A stretch of 64,000 nucleotides of DNA from an uncultured delta proteobacterium. GTDB lineage: Bacteria; Desulfobacterota; RBG-13-43-22. Numbering within the stretch: the stretch's first letter is position 1; the number at the start of each line of letters is the position of its first letter. The stretch lies in the NCBI GenBank assembly GCA_963843145.1, contig CAWJJC010000028.1, positions 256,001-320,000 of the forward strand. Reading direction: 5' to 3'. The notes under the pieces were generated by a model that did not search any database, had not been told where the DNA came from, and saw only the letters and a list, made by a program, of their open reading frames with translations. Both the position numbers and the translations under genes were made by a program. Positions 29,815-39,687 of this stretch are shown in pieces.

Positions 29815-30357
29815 CTAAAAAGAGGGAGGGTGGTTCACCCAGAGGACAACGGCCTCTTCGTTCCTTTTATTCAGAAATTCATGTTCGATGTGCGATTTCA
29901 GATAAAAACTGTCTCCGGCCGAAAGGAGATAGGTCTCTCCGGCGTAACGGAGTTCGAGATCGCCCTGGATGACGTACCCGAACTCTTCCCCTTCATGGTG
30001 ATAGCTCCCTCGGGAACCCCCGCCCGGGCTGATGAAAGCCATGCGGGCGTCCATTTTCTTGTTGCGGGGGTTGGGAATTAAGGTCTCGACCGTGGTCTTT
30101 GATTTGGGAAATTTAAAAATCTCCCGCTCTTTCTTTTTTAAGATGACTTTCTCCGCGTAATCGGTGCGGAAGAAGTCGATAATGGTGATATCCAGAGCGG
30201 TGGAAATTCTTTTGAGCGTCGAGATCGAAGGGTCGGCCTTGCCGCTTTCCAACTGGCAGATGTAGGCCGGGGTGCATTTGACTTTTTGAGCCAGTTCCTT
30301 CTGGGTCAACTTTCTTTGGCTCCGGAGTTTTTTTAATTTGGTGCTTAAATCGGGCAT
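29815..30357 (-). CDS. XRE-family HTH plus cupin transcriptional regulator (PuuR-like)
   Basis: LTQKELA..YICQLESGKADPS; HEGEEFGYV cupin. Confidence 0.9.
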   Translation of the reverse strand: MPDLSTKLKKLRSQRKLTQKELAQKVKCTPAYICQLESGKADPSISTLKRISTALDITIIDFFRTDYAEKVILKKKEREIFKFPKSKTTVETLIPNPRNKKMDARMAFISPGGGSRGSYHHEGEEFGYVIQGDLELRYAGETYLLSAGDSFYLKSHIEHEFLNKRNEEAVVLWVNHPPSF

Positions 30358-30553
30358 GGGTTTTTTTAGAAAAAATTAATAAATAATTAATCCGTTGTTT
30401 AAAGATCTTTGGAGGAAATCAGCCTAATCCATCGTCTAGTAGGGGCTTTGAATTTGCTTGACAGGATTTCCGCCCATTTGTTATTAGAATAAAATTAAAT
30501 CATAGTTAATTGTTTGATTGCAAGTAGAAAAAATTTCACCAAGGGGGGAAGCC

Positions 30554-31852
30554 ATGACTAAAGAACAGATGGATCGGCGGCATTTTCTTAAAATGGTGGG
30601 AAGCGGGGCTTTGGTGGCGGGGGCCGGCGCCTTGGGGTCCGGGGTGATGATCCCCACGGGCCTTTGGGCTCAGACACCTAAAATCAAGGGGCCCCTCAAG
30701 GTCGGCTATCAGGCGGTCTTGTCGGGGACCCTGGCCGGCTATGGGGAGTTCCACAAAATGGGCGCTCAGATGGCGGTGGAGGAAATCAACCAGAAGGGCG
30801 GCATCGCCGGCGTCAAGGTGGAAATGGAGTTTCGGGATTCCACCCTCAAACCGGACGACGCGATTAAAAATGCCCGTTACTTCGTCGACAGTTGGGGCGC
30901 CGATTATCTGGCGGGGATCGATTCCTCCGGGCAGGCCTTGGCCCTGGCCCCGTTGATGGATAAATTAGACCGGGTTCTAATGGTCACCCACGCGGCCACG
31001 GAAAAATTAACCGAGGAGTGGGTTTTTAAGAAAGGGATCAAACAGATTTTTCGGATAGTCACCCCCACTTATCAGGACGGCAACGCCGCGGCCTTCATCG
31101 CCAAGGACCTGCCGGCTATGAAATGGGCCACGGTCAGTCCCAAATACGAATATGGATTCACCTGCTGGAAGATGTTTCAGGAAACACTGAAAAAGCTCAA
31201 GCCGGGCGTTTCCTTTGTCGGTGAGTCCTGGGCGCCTTTTGGCACTACGGATTTCCGTTCCCATATCAACACCATCATGGACGCCAAACCGGACGGTCTG
31301 TATTCCACCGAGTGGGCCGGTGAATTGATCACCTTCGTGAAACAGGCCAAGCAGGCCGGTCTCTTTGAAAAAATCAAATACGTCATGTTTCCGGTAGGCG
31401 CGGCCATGGATGTCCTGGAAGGGTTGGGCCAGGAGATGCCGGACAATGTCTGGATCTCCGGTCGCTATTTCTTCCTCTACCCGAACAATAAAGGCAACAA
31501 CGACTGGGTGGCCGCTTTCCGCAAGCGCTGGAACCACTATCCGGCCTATGTATCCGAATCCGGGTATTCCGCGATTTATGCCTTCAAGGCGGCCGTGGAA
31601 AAGGCGGGCTCCAAGGAGACCAAGGCCCTGATCCAGGTCCTGGAGGGGATGGGACTGGACACCCCGGCCGGCCATCGGGTATTCCGTAAGGAAGATCACC
31701 AGGCCATGTATGACGTCCCCTGGGGAAAGACCAAGGGTGACCCGAAATACCCCTTTAAAATCATGGGCGAGCAGAAGCTCATTCCGGCCAAGGTCTGCTT
31801 CAATCGTCCTCCTTTCGAGGGAGCGGGGAGCGAACCGCCGTTCAGCAGTTAA
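30554..31852 (+). CDS. ABC substrate-binding protein with Tat signal
   Basis: DRRHFLK twin-arginine signal; type I PBP motifs (AVEEIN..GGI, GIDSSG). Confidence 0.9.
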   Translation: MTKEQMDRRHFLKMVGSGALVAGAGALGSGVMIPTGLWAQTPKIKGPLKVGYQAVLSGTLAGYGEFHKMGAQMAVEEINQKGGIAGVKVEMEFRDSTLKPDDAIKNARYFVDSWGADYLAGIDSSGQALALAPLMDKLDRVLMVTHAATEKLTEEWVFKKGIKQIFRIVTPTYQDGNAAAFIAKDLPAMKWATVSPKYEYGFTCWKMFQETLKKLKPGVSFVGESWAPFGTTDFRSHINTIMDAKPDGLYSTEWAGELITFVKQAKQAGLFEKIKYVMFPVGAAMDVLEGLGQEMPDNVWISGRYFFLYPNNKGNNDWVAAFRKRWNHYPAYVSESGYSAIYAFKAAVEKAGSKETKALIQVLEGMGLDTPAGHRVFRKEDHQAMYDVPWGKTKGDPKYPFKIMGEQKLIPAKVCFNRPPFEGAGSEPPFSS

Positions 31853-31928
31853 AAAACGGTTCAGGGGGCAGGAGGCCGGAGTCGCAGACAACCGGAACAT
31901 TGACCTTAGAAAATGACATGTTGGCTTC

Positions 31929-32065
31929 AAATCCGAAATTCGAAGCACGAAATCCGAAACAAGCACGAATTTTCAAAATCCAAATGATCCAAACAAATCG
32001 ATTCCGGGTTTGGAAATTTGGTCATTTGGATTTGTTTCGGATTTCGGATTTCGGATTTCGAGTTT
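31929..32065. repeat. Empty inverted-arm copy of the 7-bp-periodic repeat
   Basis: AAATCCGAAATTCGAAGCACGAAATCCGAAACAA ... TTTGTTTCGGATTTCGGATTTCGGATTTCGAGTTT. Confidence 0.85.
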
Positions 32066-32074
32066 AATAACTGT

Positions 32075-32944
32075 ATGCTTCAATCCCTCGTTCACGTTCT
32101 CTTGGCCGGTCTTTCCACCGGCATGTTCATCTGGCTGGTGGCCAGCGGCCTGACCTTGATTTTCGGGGTCCTGGGGGTGCTGAATTTTGCCCACGGCAGT
32201 TTCTACATGCTGGGAGCCTATTTCTGCTACACGGTTCTGAAATTGCTGGGAGCCAATTTCTGGCTGGGTCTTTTACTGGGCCCGCTGTGCGTCTGCGCGG
32301 TGGGCTTTATCGTGGAGCGGTTCTTCCTGCGTTACGTCTACCATCTGGCCCTTCCCTATCAACTCCTGCTCACCTTTGCCTTCGTCCTGATATTCGACAA
32401 CCTGGTTAAGATGATCTGGGGCGCCGGGTCCATCAGTTCTCCGGAATTGACCTCCCTGGGGGGGTCGGTGATGATCCTGGGGCGAAAATTTCCTATTTAC
32501 AATATCTTTATCATTATCGTCGGGCCGTTGGTGGCCCTGGGCCTTTGGGGGATGATTGAAAAGACCTGGTGGGGCCGAATCATCCGGGCCTCCTCGTCGG
32601 ATCGGGAGATGGCCTCGGCCATCGGTGTCCGGGTGCCGGCCCTGTTTACGTCCGTCTTTGTGTTCGGCACCTGGCTGGGATCCCTGGGCGGGGGATTGGC
32701 CGTACCCTATGTGGGTATCATGACCTCCGGTATGGGGGAAGCGATTATCATTGACGCCTTCATCGTGGCCGTGATCGGCGGCCTGGGCAGCCTGAAAGGG
32801 GCCTTCGCCGGGGCCTTGATCATCGGGGTGCTGACCGCCTTTGGAACCCGTTTTTTTCCAGCCTTCGATATGTTCCTGACGTTTATTTTGATGGCCGGTG
32901 TTTTGCTCTGGCGGCCCCAGGGTCTTTTTGGCGAGACCCGATAG
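32075..32944 (+). CDS. Liv-type ABC permease (LivH-like)
   Basis: GLTLIFGVLGVLNFAHG, VIGGLGS, RPQGLFG. Confidence 0.9.
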   Translation: MLQSLVHVLLAGLSTGMFIWLVASGLTLIFGVLGVLNFAHGSFYMLGAYFCYTVLKLLGANFWLGLLLGPLCVCAVGFIVERFFLRYVYHLALPYQLLLTFAFVLIFDNLVKMIWGAGSISSPELTSLGGSVMILGRKFPIYNIFIIIVGPLVALGLWGMIEKTWWGRIIRASSSDREMASAIGVRVPALFTSVFVFGTWLGSLGGGLAVPYVGIMTSGMGEAIIIDAFIVAVIGGLGSLKGAFAGALIIGVLTAFGTRFFPAFDMFLTFILMAGVLLWRPQGLFGETR

Positions 32945-32952
32945 ATTTTTTT

Positions 32953-33915
32953 ATGAAATTGAAAACCGGACAGATTTTAGGGATCGTCGCGCTGCTCCTA
33001 CTCCTGGTGGGCATCGGACTCTTTAGCGGACGATTCATGGTTTACCTGACCATGCGGGTCATGATTTTAGGGATCTTTGCCTTGGGCTATAATCTTCTTC
33101 TGGGCCGGACCGGGCTGCTCTCTTTCGGCCATGGCGCTTTTTACGCGGCCGGCGCCTACGGGTTGGGATTCTTTACGCTGCACCTGTCAGCCCATCCGCT
33201 GCTGGGCCTCCTGGCCGGCGTGCTGGTGGCCATGGCTTTGGCTCTGATCATCGGGTTTTTCTGCGTCCGCCACACCGAAATATACTTTGCCATGCTGACC
33301 CTGGCCTTCGGGATGATGGTCTTTTCCCTGATCTGGAATGCCCGGGATTTTACCGGGGGTGACGACGGCTTGGTGGGGATCATGCGGGACCCCATTTCCT
33401 TTTTCGGGTGGTTTAAAATCCCGATCAACAAGGATGCCCATTATTATTTCCTGGTGCTGGCGGTGTTCGCTCTGAGCGCCTGGGCGGTGCATCGAATTCG
33501 AAATTCTCCTTTCGGCCTGTCGTTGGCCGGCATCCGGGAAAACGCCAATCGCGCTGAGTTCGCCGGGCTTTCCGTCAAGAATTATCGTCTGGCCGTTTTC
33601 GTGATCAGCGGGGCTTTCGCCGGGTTGGCCGGGGCCTTGGAAACCCTGCTGGAAGGCAACGCCCGGCCCTTCATGGCCCACTGGAGTCACTCCGCCGAAC
33701 CCATCCTGGTCAGCCTCCTGGGCGGGCTGCCGACCTTTGCCGGTCCTTTGGTGGGAAGTGTGTTCTTTGTGGCCATGCGGGAGTTTATTCAGCGCTTCAC
33801 GGAGAACTGGATGCTCTGGTTCGGTTTGCTCCTGTTGGTTGTTATCATGGGTTTTCGAGGGGGCGTGGTCGGCGTCCTCCAACGATTATTCGGCGGTTCC
33901 CGGGCCGGGCATTGA
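32953..33915 (+). CDS. Liv-type ABC permease (LivM-like)
   Basis: GRTGLLSFGHG, YFAMLTLAFG, GGDDG. Confidence 0.9.
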   Translation: MKLKTGQILGIVALLLLLVGIGLFSGRFMVYLTMRVMILGIFALGYNLLLGRTGLLSFGHGAFYAAGAYGLGFFTLHLSAHPLLGLLAGVLVAMALALIIGFFCVRHTEIYFAMLTLAFGMMVFSLIWNARDFTGGDDGLVGIMRDPISFFGWFKIPINKDAHYYFLVLAVFALSAWAVHRIRNSPFGLSLAGIRENANRAEFAGLSVKNYRLAVFVISGAFAGLAGALETLLEGNARPFMAHWSHSAEPILVSLLGGLPTFAGPLVGSVFFVAMREFIQRFTENWMLWFGLLLLVVIMGFRGGVVGVLQRLFGGSRAGH

Positions 33916-33922
33916 GAGACGA

Positions 33923-34679
33923 ATGGGCGAGAAGCTGCTGCAGATAAAAAAGTTATCCAATTTTTTCGGCATGGTCTGCACCGCCAAGGAGCTGGATTTG
34001 GATATCGAGGCCGGCGTCTTGACTTCGATCATCGGTCCCAACGGGGCCGGGAAATCCACCCTGATTAACCTGGTTACCGGCAATCTGCCGGTGCAATCCG
34101 GGTCCCTTCTTTTCCAGGGGCGGGATATCACCCGCTTGCCGATCAATCAGCGGGTCCGGCTGGGGATCTGCCGGTCCTTTCAGATCGTCAATATCTTCCC
34201 GGAATTAACCGTCCTGGAAAATATCCTGATACCCACCTTGGCCCTGTCCGGCAGGACGCGGCGATTTTTTTCCGGCATCAGCCGTGAAACCGCAGGCCTA
34301 TGAACAGGTCGAGAACCTCTTGGGGAAAGTGGGCCTGAGCGCCGTAAAAAATTCTCCGGCCACGGCCTTGTCCCACGGGGACCAGCGCTTGCTGGAAGTG
34401 GGAGTGGCCCTGGCCGTCGGCCCCCGGCTGCTTTTTTTGGATGAACCGACGGCCGGCATGAATCCGGTCGAGCGGGTCCGGGTCCTGGAAAATATTCGCC
34501 AGCTTTCCCGCGAGGGCCAGACGACTTTCGTCCTGGTGGAACACGACATGGATATCGTTTTTTCTCTCTCGGAGCGGGTGGTGGTGCTGCACCGGGGGGA
34601 TATCCTGGGAGACGGAACGCCGGAGGAGATCAAGAATAACGCCCAGGTGAGGGAAGTATATTTGGGCGATTCGGTTTAA
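33923..34679 (+). CDS. LivG-like ABC ATPase with apparent frameshift near 34290
   Basis: GPNGAGKS..RSFQ in ORF ending 34303; LSHGDQR, LDEPTAG, VEHDMD in overlapping ORF 34284-34679. Confidence 0.8.
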
Positions 34680-34727
34680 TAGAAAAAAATAGACTTGAAT
34701 ACCGCTTTTTAGGCCATTGTCTTGGGG

Positions 34728-34816
34728 CGTCATACCGGACTTGATCCGGTATCCAGGGCATCCGGCGCTTATCCGAGGCTGGATTCCGGATCGCGCTTCG
34801 CTTGCCCGGAATGACG
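34728..34816. repeat. CGTC-tagged palindrome doublet
   Basis: CGTCATACCGGACTTGATCCGGTATCCAG ... CTGGATTCCGGA..CCGGAATGACG. Confidence 0.85.
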
Positions 34817-34886
34817 GTCAAAGGTGAGGTACTAATACATACTTTTGATCAGATGAATTGTTTTAAATTTCGAACTTGATATCGCC

Positions 34887-35588
34887 ATGCTCTTAGAAGT
34901 TTCCAACATCGATACCTACTACGGCACCAGCCATGTCCTCCAGGGCGTTTCCTTAGCGGTGGGCGAAGGAGAGGTCGTAGCCCTGCTGGGCCGCAACGGG
35001 GTGGGAAAGACCACCACGCTCCGGTCGATCATCGGGCTGACCCCGCCCAAAACCGGCTCGATCAAATTACTTGACCGGGAAATCTGCGGCCAGCCTGCCT
35101 ATACTATCGCTCGGCAGGGTGTGGGGTATATGCCCGATGACCTGCGCATTTTTCCCGACCTGACGACCGACGAAAACCTGGAAATCTCCCGCCGGCTGTC
35201 CAAGCGAACCGGCTATTGGAACCGGGAGCGGGTGATCGAGCTTTTCCCCAAGTTGGGGGACCTGGCCCGGTCAAAGGGAATCAATCTTTCCGGTGGGGAG
35301 AAAAAGATGCTCGGTATCGGCCGGGCCCTGATGGCCAATCCTCGGCTGATCTTGTTGGACGAACCATCCGAAGGCCTGGCGCCGCTGATCGTGGCCAACC
35401 TGGTGGAGGTTCTGGACAAGATCCACCAACAGGGGGTCACCATTCTGCTGGCCGATCAAAACCTCAAATTCTGCCGTAAAGTCTGCCACCGCGGCTACAT
35501 CATCGAAAAAGGGATGATCCAGTACGAAGGAAAGATGGAAGAAATCTGGAGTAACGAGGAAGTCATCCGCAAATACTTGGTCGTTTAG
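34887..35588 (+). CDS. LivF-like ABC ATPase
   Basis: GRNGVGKT, LSGGEKK, LLDEPSEGLAP. Confidence 0.92.
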   Translation: MLLEVSNIDTYYGTSHVLQGVSLAVGEGEVVALLGRNGVGKTTTLRSIIGLTPPKTGSIKLLDREICGQPAYTIARQGVGYMPDDLRIFPDLTTDENLEISRRLSKRTGYWNRERVIELFPKLGDLARSKGINLSGGEKKMLGIGRALMANPRLILLDEPSEGLAPLIVANLVEVLDKIHQQGVTILLADQNLKFCRKVCHRGYIIEKGMIQYEGKMEEIWSNEEVIRKYLVV

Positions 35589-35669
35589 ACCGCTTCTTAG
35601 ACAAACAAGCACTGAACACTTCTTAAAATAGTGCCGGACAGATGTGCCCCCCCAAAAAAAACCATAGTT

Positions 35670-35758
35670 CGTCATTGCGAGGAGAGTAGCGACGAAGCAA
35701 TCCCCGATATTCAGCAAGTTGCCGCTATGGGGATTGCTTCGCTTTGCTCGCAATGACA
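35670..35758. repeat. CGTC-tagged palindrome doublet, GTCATTGCGAG subfamily
   Basis: CGTCATTGCGAG..GAAGCAATCCCC ... GGGGATTGCTTCG..CTCGCAATGACA. Confidence 0.85.
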
Positions 35759-35805
35759 AACTGGGTCTTTGACGGGTCTGATTTAAAGGCCAGCTCAATA
35801 AAATA

Positions 35806-35842
35806 AAGAAAGGGGGGTTATAAAAAATAACCCCCCTTTCTT
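35806..35842. terminator. Putative bidirectional intrinsic terminator between convergent livF and csp
   Basis: Perfect 15-bp stem AAGAAAGGGGGGTTA / TAACCCCCCTTTCTT. Confidence 0.7.
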
Positions 35843-35860
35843 ATGGTTACTCAAAAATTA

Positions 35861-36064
35861 TTATAGGGCCTTTACATTGGTTGCCGAGGGGCCTTTTTGA
35901 CCCTGCTCAATATCAAAGCTTACCCGCTGGCCTTCGGACAGTGTCCGAAAACCCTGCATAGCGATGGCGGAATGGTGGATAAATACATCCTTTTCCTGAC
36001 CATCGACCTCGATAAAGCCGAAACCTTTACTCTCATTGAACCACTTTACGCTTCCTTCTGCCAT
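35861..36064 (-). CDS. cspA: Cold-shock protein
   Basis: [15 protein letters not shown] (RNP1), VFIHHS (RNP2); AAGGAGG RBS. Confidence 0.95.
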   Translation of the reverse strand: MAEGSVKWFNESKGFGFIEVDGQEKDVFIHHSAIAMQGFRTLSEGQRVSFDIEQGQKGPSATNVKAL

Positions 36065-36408
36065 AGTCGTATCCTCCTTCTTAAGTATTTCTCAAGTTGG
36101 GATACGACCAAAAAAAAGGCATCTGGCTTAGAAGCTTCGATGCCTTGCGCTTTCGACTTTTCCACCAACTTCGACCGCCAGCTTATCCCTCAAGGGAAGT
36201 TGACGGATTTAATTCATATAAAATAACCCTTTATTTTCTACTTGTCAAGCTTTATTAATTATTATTTTCAAAGATTGTTTCCCTCTGGAAAACCCTTTCG
36301 CCGAGACTCCCCGGCCCTACCAGTCTGGGGAGTCCCCACCCAAAAGGGCGAAGCGTCGAATTTTATTGTTGCGCTAACCTGTTCGGTGTAGATAATCAAT
36401 AAAATACC

Positions 36409-37719
36409 ATGAGCGTTTCAATTGACATGAAAAAGCTGGCCGAGTTGGTCCGGGAACTGGAAGACCAGCTTTCGGCTTGCACCCGTTGCGGCATGTGCCA
36501 GACGGTCTGCCCGCTCTACCGGGAAACCGCCCGGGAGTCCAGTGTGGCCCGGGGGAAACTGGCCATCTTAGGCGGTCTGATGGAGGAGGCCTTCCAGGAG
36601 CCCCGGCGGTCGCTGGAACAGGTTTCGCGCTGTTTGCTCTGCGGGGCCTGCGAGGCCAACTGCCCAAGCGGGGTCCAAGTCCTGGACATTTTTTTAAAGG
36701 CCCGGGCCATCCTGGTTGAATACTTGGGGATGCCCCCGGCCAAAAGGGTGATGTTCCGGCGTTTCCTGGCCCGGCCGGAACGATTCAACCGCTGGTTATC
36801 CTGGGGGGCCAGTGTCCAGGGGCTGTTCATCAAGCCGGCCAATGAGCTGTTGGGCACTTCCTGCGCCCGGTTCACCTCCCCCTTGGCCGACCGTCATTTC
36901 AAGGCCCTGGCGGCTGTCCCTTTTCACCGGCAACCCTGGAAAGAAAATTCAAAATCCCGCCCTTCAGGGATCAAGGCGGCTTTTTTTTATGGCTGCCTCA
37001 TCGACAAGATTTATCCGGAGATCGGGCAGGCGGTGCTGAAAAGTCTGGATCATTTTCAAGTGGAGGTATTTTTGCCCGAAGGGCAGGGGTGCTGTGGGTT
37101 GCCGGCCTTGTCGGCCGGCGATCGGCAGACTTTCAACCAACTGGTCGTCTATAATCTGGATCGTCTGGCAGGTCAACCCGTGGATGTGCTGGTCACCGCC
37201 TGCCCCACCTGCGCGGCCACGATTAAAAAAATCTGGCCGCTGATGGCCCGGGAGCTGAACGCCGATCAGCGTGACCGGGTCCGGGACTGGGCGGAAAAAA
37301 CGGTGGATATCACCGATTTCCTGGTGAGGCAGATGGGCGTATCCCTTCCGGTCTCCCCGGAAAGCAATGAAGTCAAGCCCGGGATCACCTATCACGATCC
37401 CTGCCACCTTCGGAAATCCCTGGGGGTCTTCGCGCCGCCGCGAGCCATGCTGCAGGGGGATACCCGGTTCCGTTATCATGAGATGGCCGAGGCTGAGGCC
37501 TGTTGCGGCTGTGGGGGCAGCTTCACCTTGGACTATTATGAATTGTCTTCCGCGGTGGGGGCCAGAAAACGGGCCGCCATCCTGGCTTCCGGCGCGGAAG
37601 TGGTGGCCACCGCCTGCCCGGCCTGTATGCTGCAGCTCACCGACCTGCTTTCGAAAGGCGCTGATCCCGTCCGGGTCAAACATGTGATCGAACTTTTCGC
37701 GGAAAGATTGCCCGATTAA
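36409..37719 (+). CDS. GlcF-like Fe-S protein (2x4Fe-4S plus two CCG domains)
   Basis: CTRCGMCQTVCP, CLLCGACEANCP, CCG, YHDPCHL, CCGCGG, CPAC. Confidence 0.88.
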   Translation: MSVSIDMKKLAELVRELEDQLSACTRCGMCQTVCPLYRETARESSVARGKLAILGGLMEEAFQEPRRSLEQVSRCLLCGACEANCPSGVQVLDIFLKARAILVEYLGMPPAKRVMFRRFLARPERFNRWLSWGASVQGLFIKPANELLGTSCARFTSPLADRHFKALAAVPFHRQPWKENSKSRPSGIKAAFFYGCLIDKIYPEIGQAVLKSLDHFQVEVFLPEGQGCCGLPALSAGDRQTFNQLVVYNLDRLAGQPVDVLVTACPTCAATIKKIWPLMARELNADQRDRVRDWAEKTVDITDFLVRQMGVSLPVSPESNEVKPGITYHDPCHLRKSLGVFAPPRAMLQGDTRFRYHEMAEAEACCGCGGSFTLDYYELSSAVGARKRAAILASGAEVVATACPACMLQLTDLLSKGADPVRVKHVIELFAERLPD

Positions 37720-37720
37720 T

Positions 37721-37885
37721 ATGTAAATAATAACAGGCGCCACATTGGGCATTTGTTTTTGCCGTCATGCCGGACTCGATCCGGCATCCAGGTCCTTTGA
37801 GGCTTAACTGAGGTCTGGATCCCGGGTCGCGCTTCGCTTGTCCGGAATGACGAGCTGACTCGACCCGTTTAAAGCCTATTTACAT
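37721..37885. repeat. CGTC palindrome doublet (37763-37852) within shell with 9-bp inverted ends
   Basis: CGTCATGCCGGACTCGATCCGGCATCCAG..CTGGATCCCGG..CCGGAATGACG; ATGTAAATA / TATTTACAT. Confidence 0.8.
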
Positions 37886-37991
37886 GCTTCGCGGGTACTC
37901 GCCCCGAGCATGGGGGGTTAATGCGAAAATAGCCTCTTTGACCTGCAACCTGGCCAATAATCAATAATCAATTGACAATTATCAATGGTCT

Positions 37992-38063
37992 AAATTCGAA
38001 ATCCGAAACGTTTTTGTTTGGATCATTTGGGTTTTGGACCTTCGTGCTTCGAATTTCGAGTTT
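37992..38063. repeat. Internally deleted copy of the 7-bp-periodic repeat
   Basis: Nearly identical to the core of 59857-59992, with deletions between repeated units. Confidence 0.8.
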
Positions 38064-38072
38064 TCTAAGCGT

Positions 38073-39053
38073 CTAAGCGGGAGCGACCAACAGCAACGGT
38101 TCCGGTGCGGGGAAGGGAAGGGCGGAGGGAGGAAGATAGAGGGAATAGCGGCCGGGTTTTTTCAGGTCGAGTGGCTTTAAGCCCTCCAGGAATTTGTCCG
38201 TTTCCCGATTGCTGGTTCCCGGTTCGGAAAAGAAATTCTCGATCCATTGCCGCAAGGGACTGAGGTCCCCGGCCTGGGACCAGCGCCGATAACTCGCCAA
38301 GAACCCCTCGAAGGAGGGGAAACGCAGGGCGGGCAGGGGCAGGGAGGGCGATGGAGATTCGTCACCGGTTAAGGCGTAGTGCTCCCGCCGGACCCAGGGT
38401 TGGTTGGTTATCAAACGGACCGGCCCGGGAGCCAATTGGGCTCTCAGCTTTCTCCAGGCGGCCAGGGCCGGTGGGCAAACCATTTCCGCTTCAGTGGGGG
38501 TGACAAAGGGTTTTTCGGACGAGGCCCAGTCCAGGGAAAATTCAGGGCTCTGATCCATGATCCGGGCCAGAGCCAGTTCCTGTTCCCCGAAGTCACCCAA
38601 CGAGAGATCGATCTCCCATTCCTTGCTCAGCCAGTCATGGATAATACAGAGGAATAATTCTCCCGTCAGGGCCTGGCGAGTTTCTGTTTCCTCCCTGGGT
38701 TTTGCGGGTTGGCCCCTCAGCAGACCCAGTATTTCGTCCCGGCTTTCCAGATTTTCCCCGGGTTTCACCTGCCTGAGATATTCCAGGAAGCTGAAATCCG
38801 GGTTCTGGGCCGCGAAGGATTGGAACTCCCTCAACCCCCTGTCTTTTTGCCTGATTTCCTCCGGGGTTCGATCCGGCGTCAGGACCTGGATCAGGCCGCC
38901 CGTCAGCAGTTCCCGGTAAGGCTCAGGCCAAACCAAGCTATAGGGGTGAAGGAAGACCAGCGGCCCAAATAGCAGCAGCGACCAATAGGTGGCCTCCGGC
39001 TCCATTAAGGTGTAGGGGGTAACCAATACTTCTTGAATACGATTATTTTCCAT
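38073..39053 (-). CDS. Hypothetical protein
   Basis: 326-aa ORF with genome-like codon usage; no motif recognised. Confidence 0.65.
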   Translation of the reverse strand: MENNRIQEVLVTPYTLMEPEATYWSLLLFGPLVFLHPYSLVWPEPYRELLTGGLIQVLTPDRTPEEIRQKDRGLREFQSFAAQNPDFSFLEYLRQVKPGENLESRDEILGLLRGQPAKPREETETRQALTGELFLCIIHDWLSKEWEIDLSLGDFGEQELALARIMDQSPEFSLDWASSEKPFVTPTEAEMVCPPALAAWRKLRAQLAPGPVRLITNQPWVRREHYALTGDESPSPSLPLPALRFPSFEGFLASYRRWSQAGDLSPLRQWIENFFSEPGTSNRETDKFLEGLKPLDLKKPGRYSLYLPPSALPFPAPEPLLLVAPA

Positions 39054-39270
39054 GAGGGCAATGTATTAAAAGCGGGTCTCCTTGTCAATTGATAACCTCG
39101 CCCTCAATAGAATCCCCGTCAATATTCTATTCCAAAATTAATACGAAAATAGCTTTTAACTCCGGATATCCCCCACACCCCCGCCCTCTCCCACGTGGGG
39201 GAGTGGGAGCCCTAAGGAACGGCCCGAGCCCTTTTACTTCCCCTCCCCGACGCGGGAGGGGATTGAGGGG

Positions 39271-39687
39271 CATACGCGCTAACTTCAGAGGCGAGGGCTT
39301 CTATGTTGTCATTCCGGCGAAAGCCGGAATCCAGGGAGGCACCACTGGATAAACACCCTGCGGTATACGTTCTGGCAAGCCAAAGAAATGGGACCCTGTA
39401 TGTTGGTGTAACATCAGACCTTGTTAAAAGGATTTGGGAACATAAGAACAACCTAGTCGAAGGGTTTACCAAACGCTACGGAGTCCATCGACTGGTTTGG
39501 TATGAACTGCACGAGAGCATGGAATCCGCTATTAATCGGGAGAGGCAGATAAAAGAATGGAAACGAAAATGGAAACTGGAATTAATTGAAGGTATGAATC
39601 GAAATTGCGGGGATTTGTAGTATATTTTAGTCCGAACTGGATTCCGGCTTTCGCCGGAATGACAATATATCTAAGTTAGCGCTTATG
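39271..39687. mobile_element. 417-bp non-autonomous TIR element carrying a GIY-YIG cassette, 11-bp target duplication
   Basis: TIR CATACGCGCTAACTT / AAGTTAGCGCTTATG (14/15 match); GGATTGAGGGG at 39260-39270 and 39688-39698. Confidence 0.85.
39303..39620 (+). CDS. Small GIY-YIG nuclease, possibly decaying (likely start CTG 39345 after GGAGG)
   Basis: AVYVLAS..GTLYVGVTSDLVKRIWEHK..AINRERQIKEWKRKWK; C-terminus looks degenerate with an early TAG. Confidence 0.88.
   Translation: MLSFRRKPESREAPLDKHPAVYVLASQRNGTLYVGVTSDLVKRIWEHKNNLVEGFTKRYGVHRLVWYELHESMESAINRERQIKEWKRKWKLELIEGMNRNCGDL

Noticed and set aside
34290-34303. Selenocysteine read-through at the TGA ending the first livG half
   Set aside because: The protein continues in a different frame, so this is a frameshift rather than UGA recoding
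36296-36352. Hairpin GACTCCCC/GGGGAGTC between csp and the glcF-like gene as an ncRNA
   Set aside because: Single stem, no recognisable family and no second copy; lies upstream of the likely promoter
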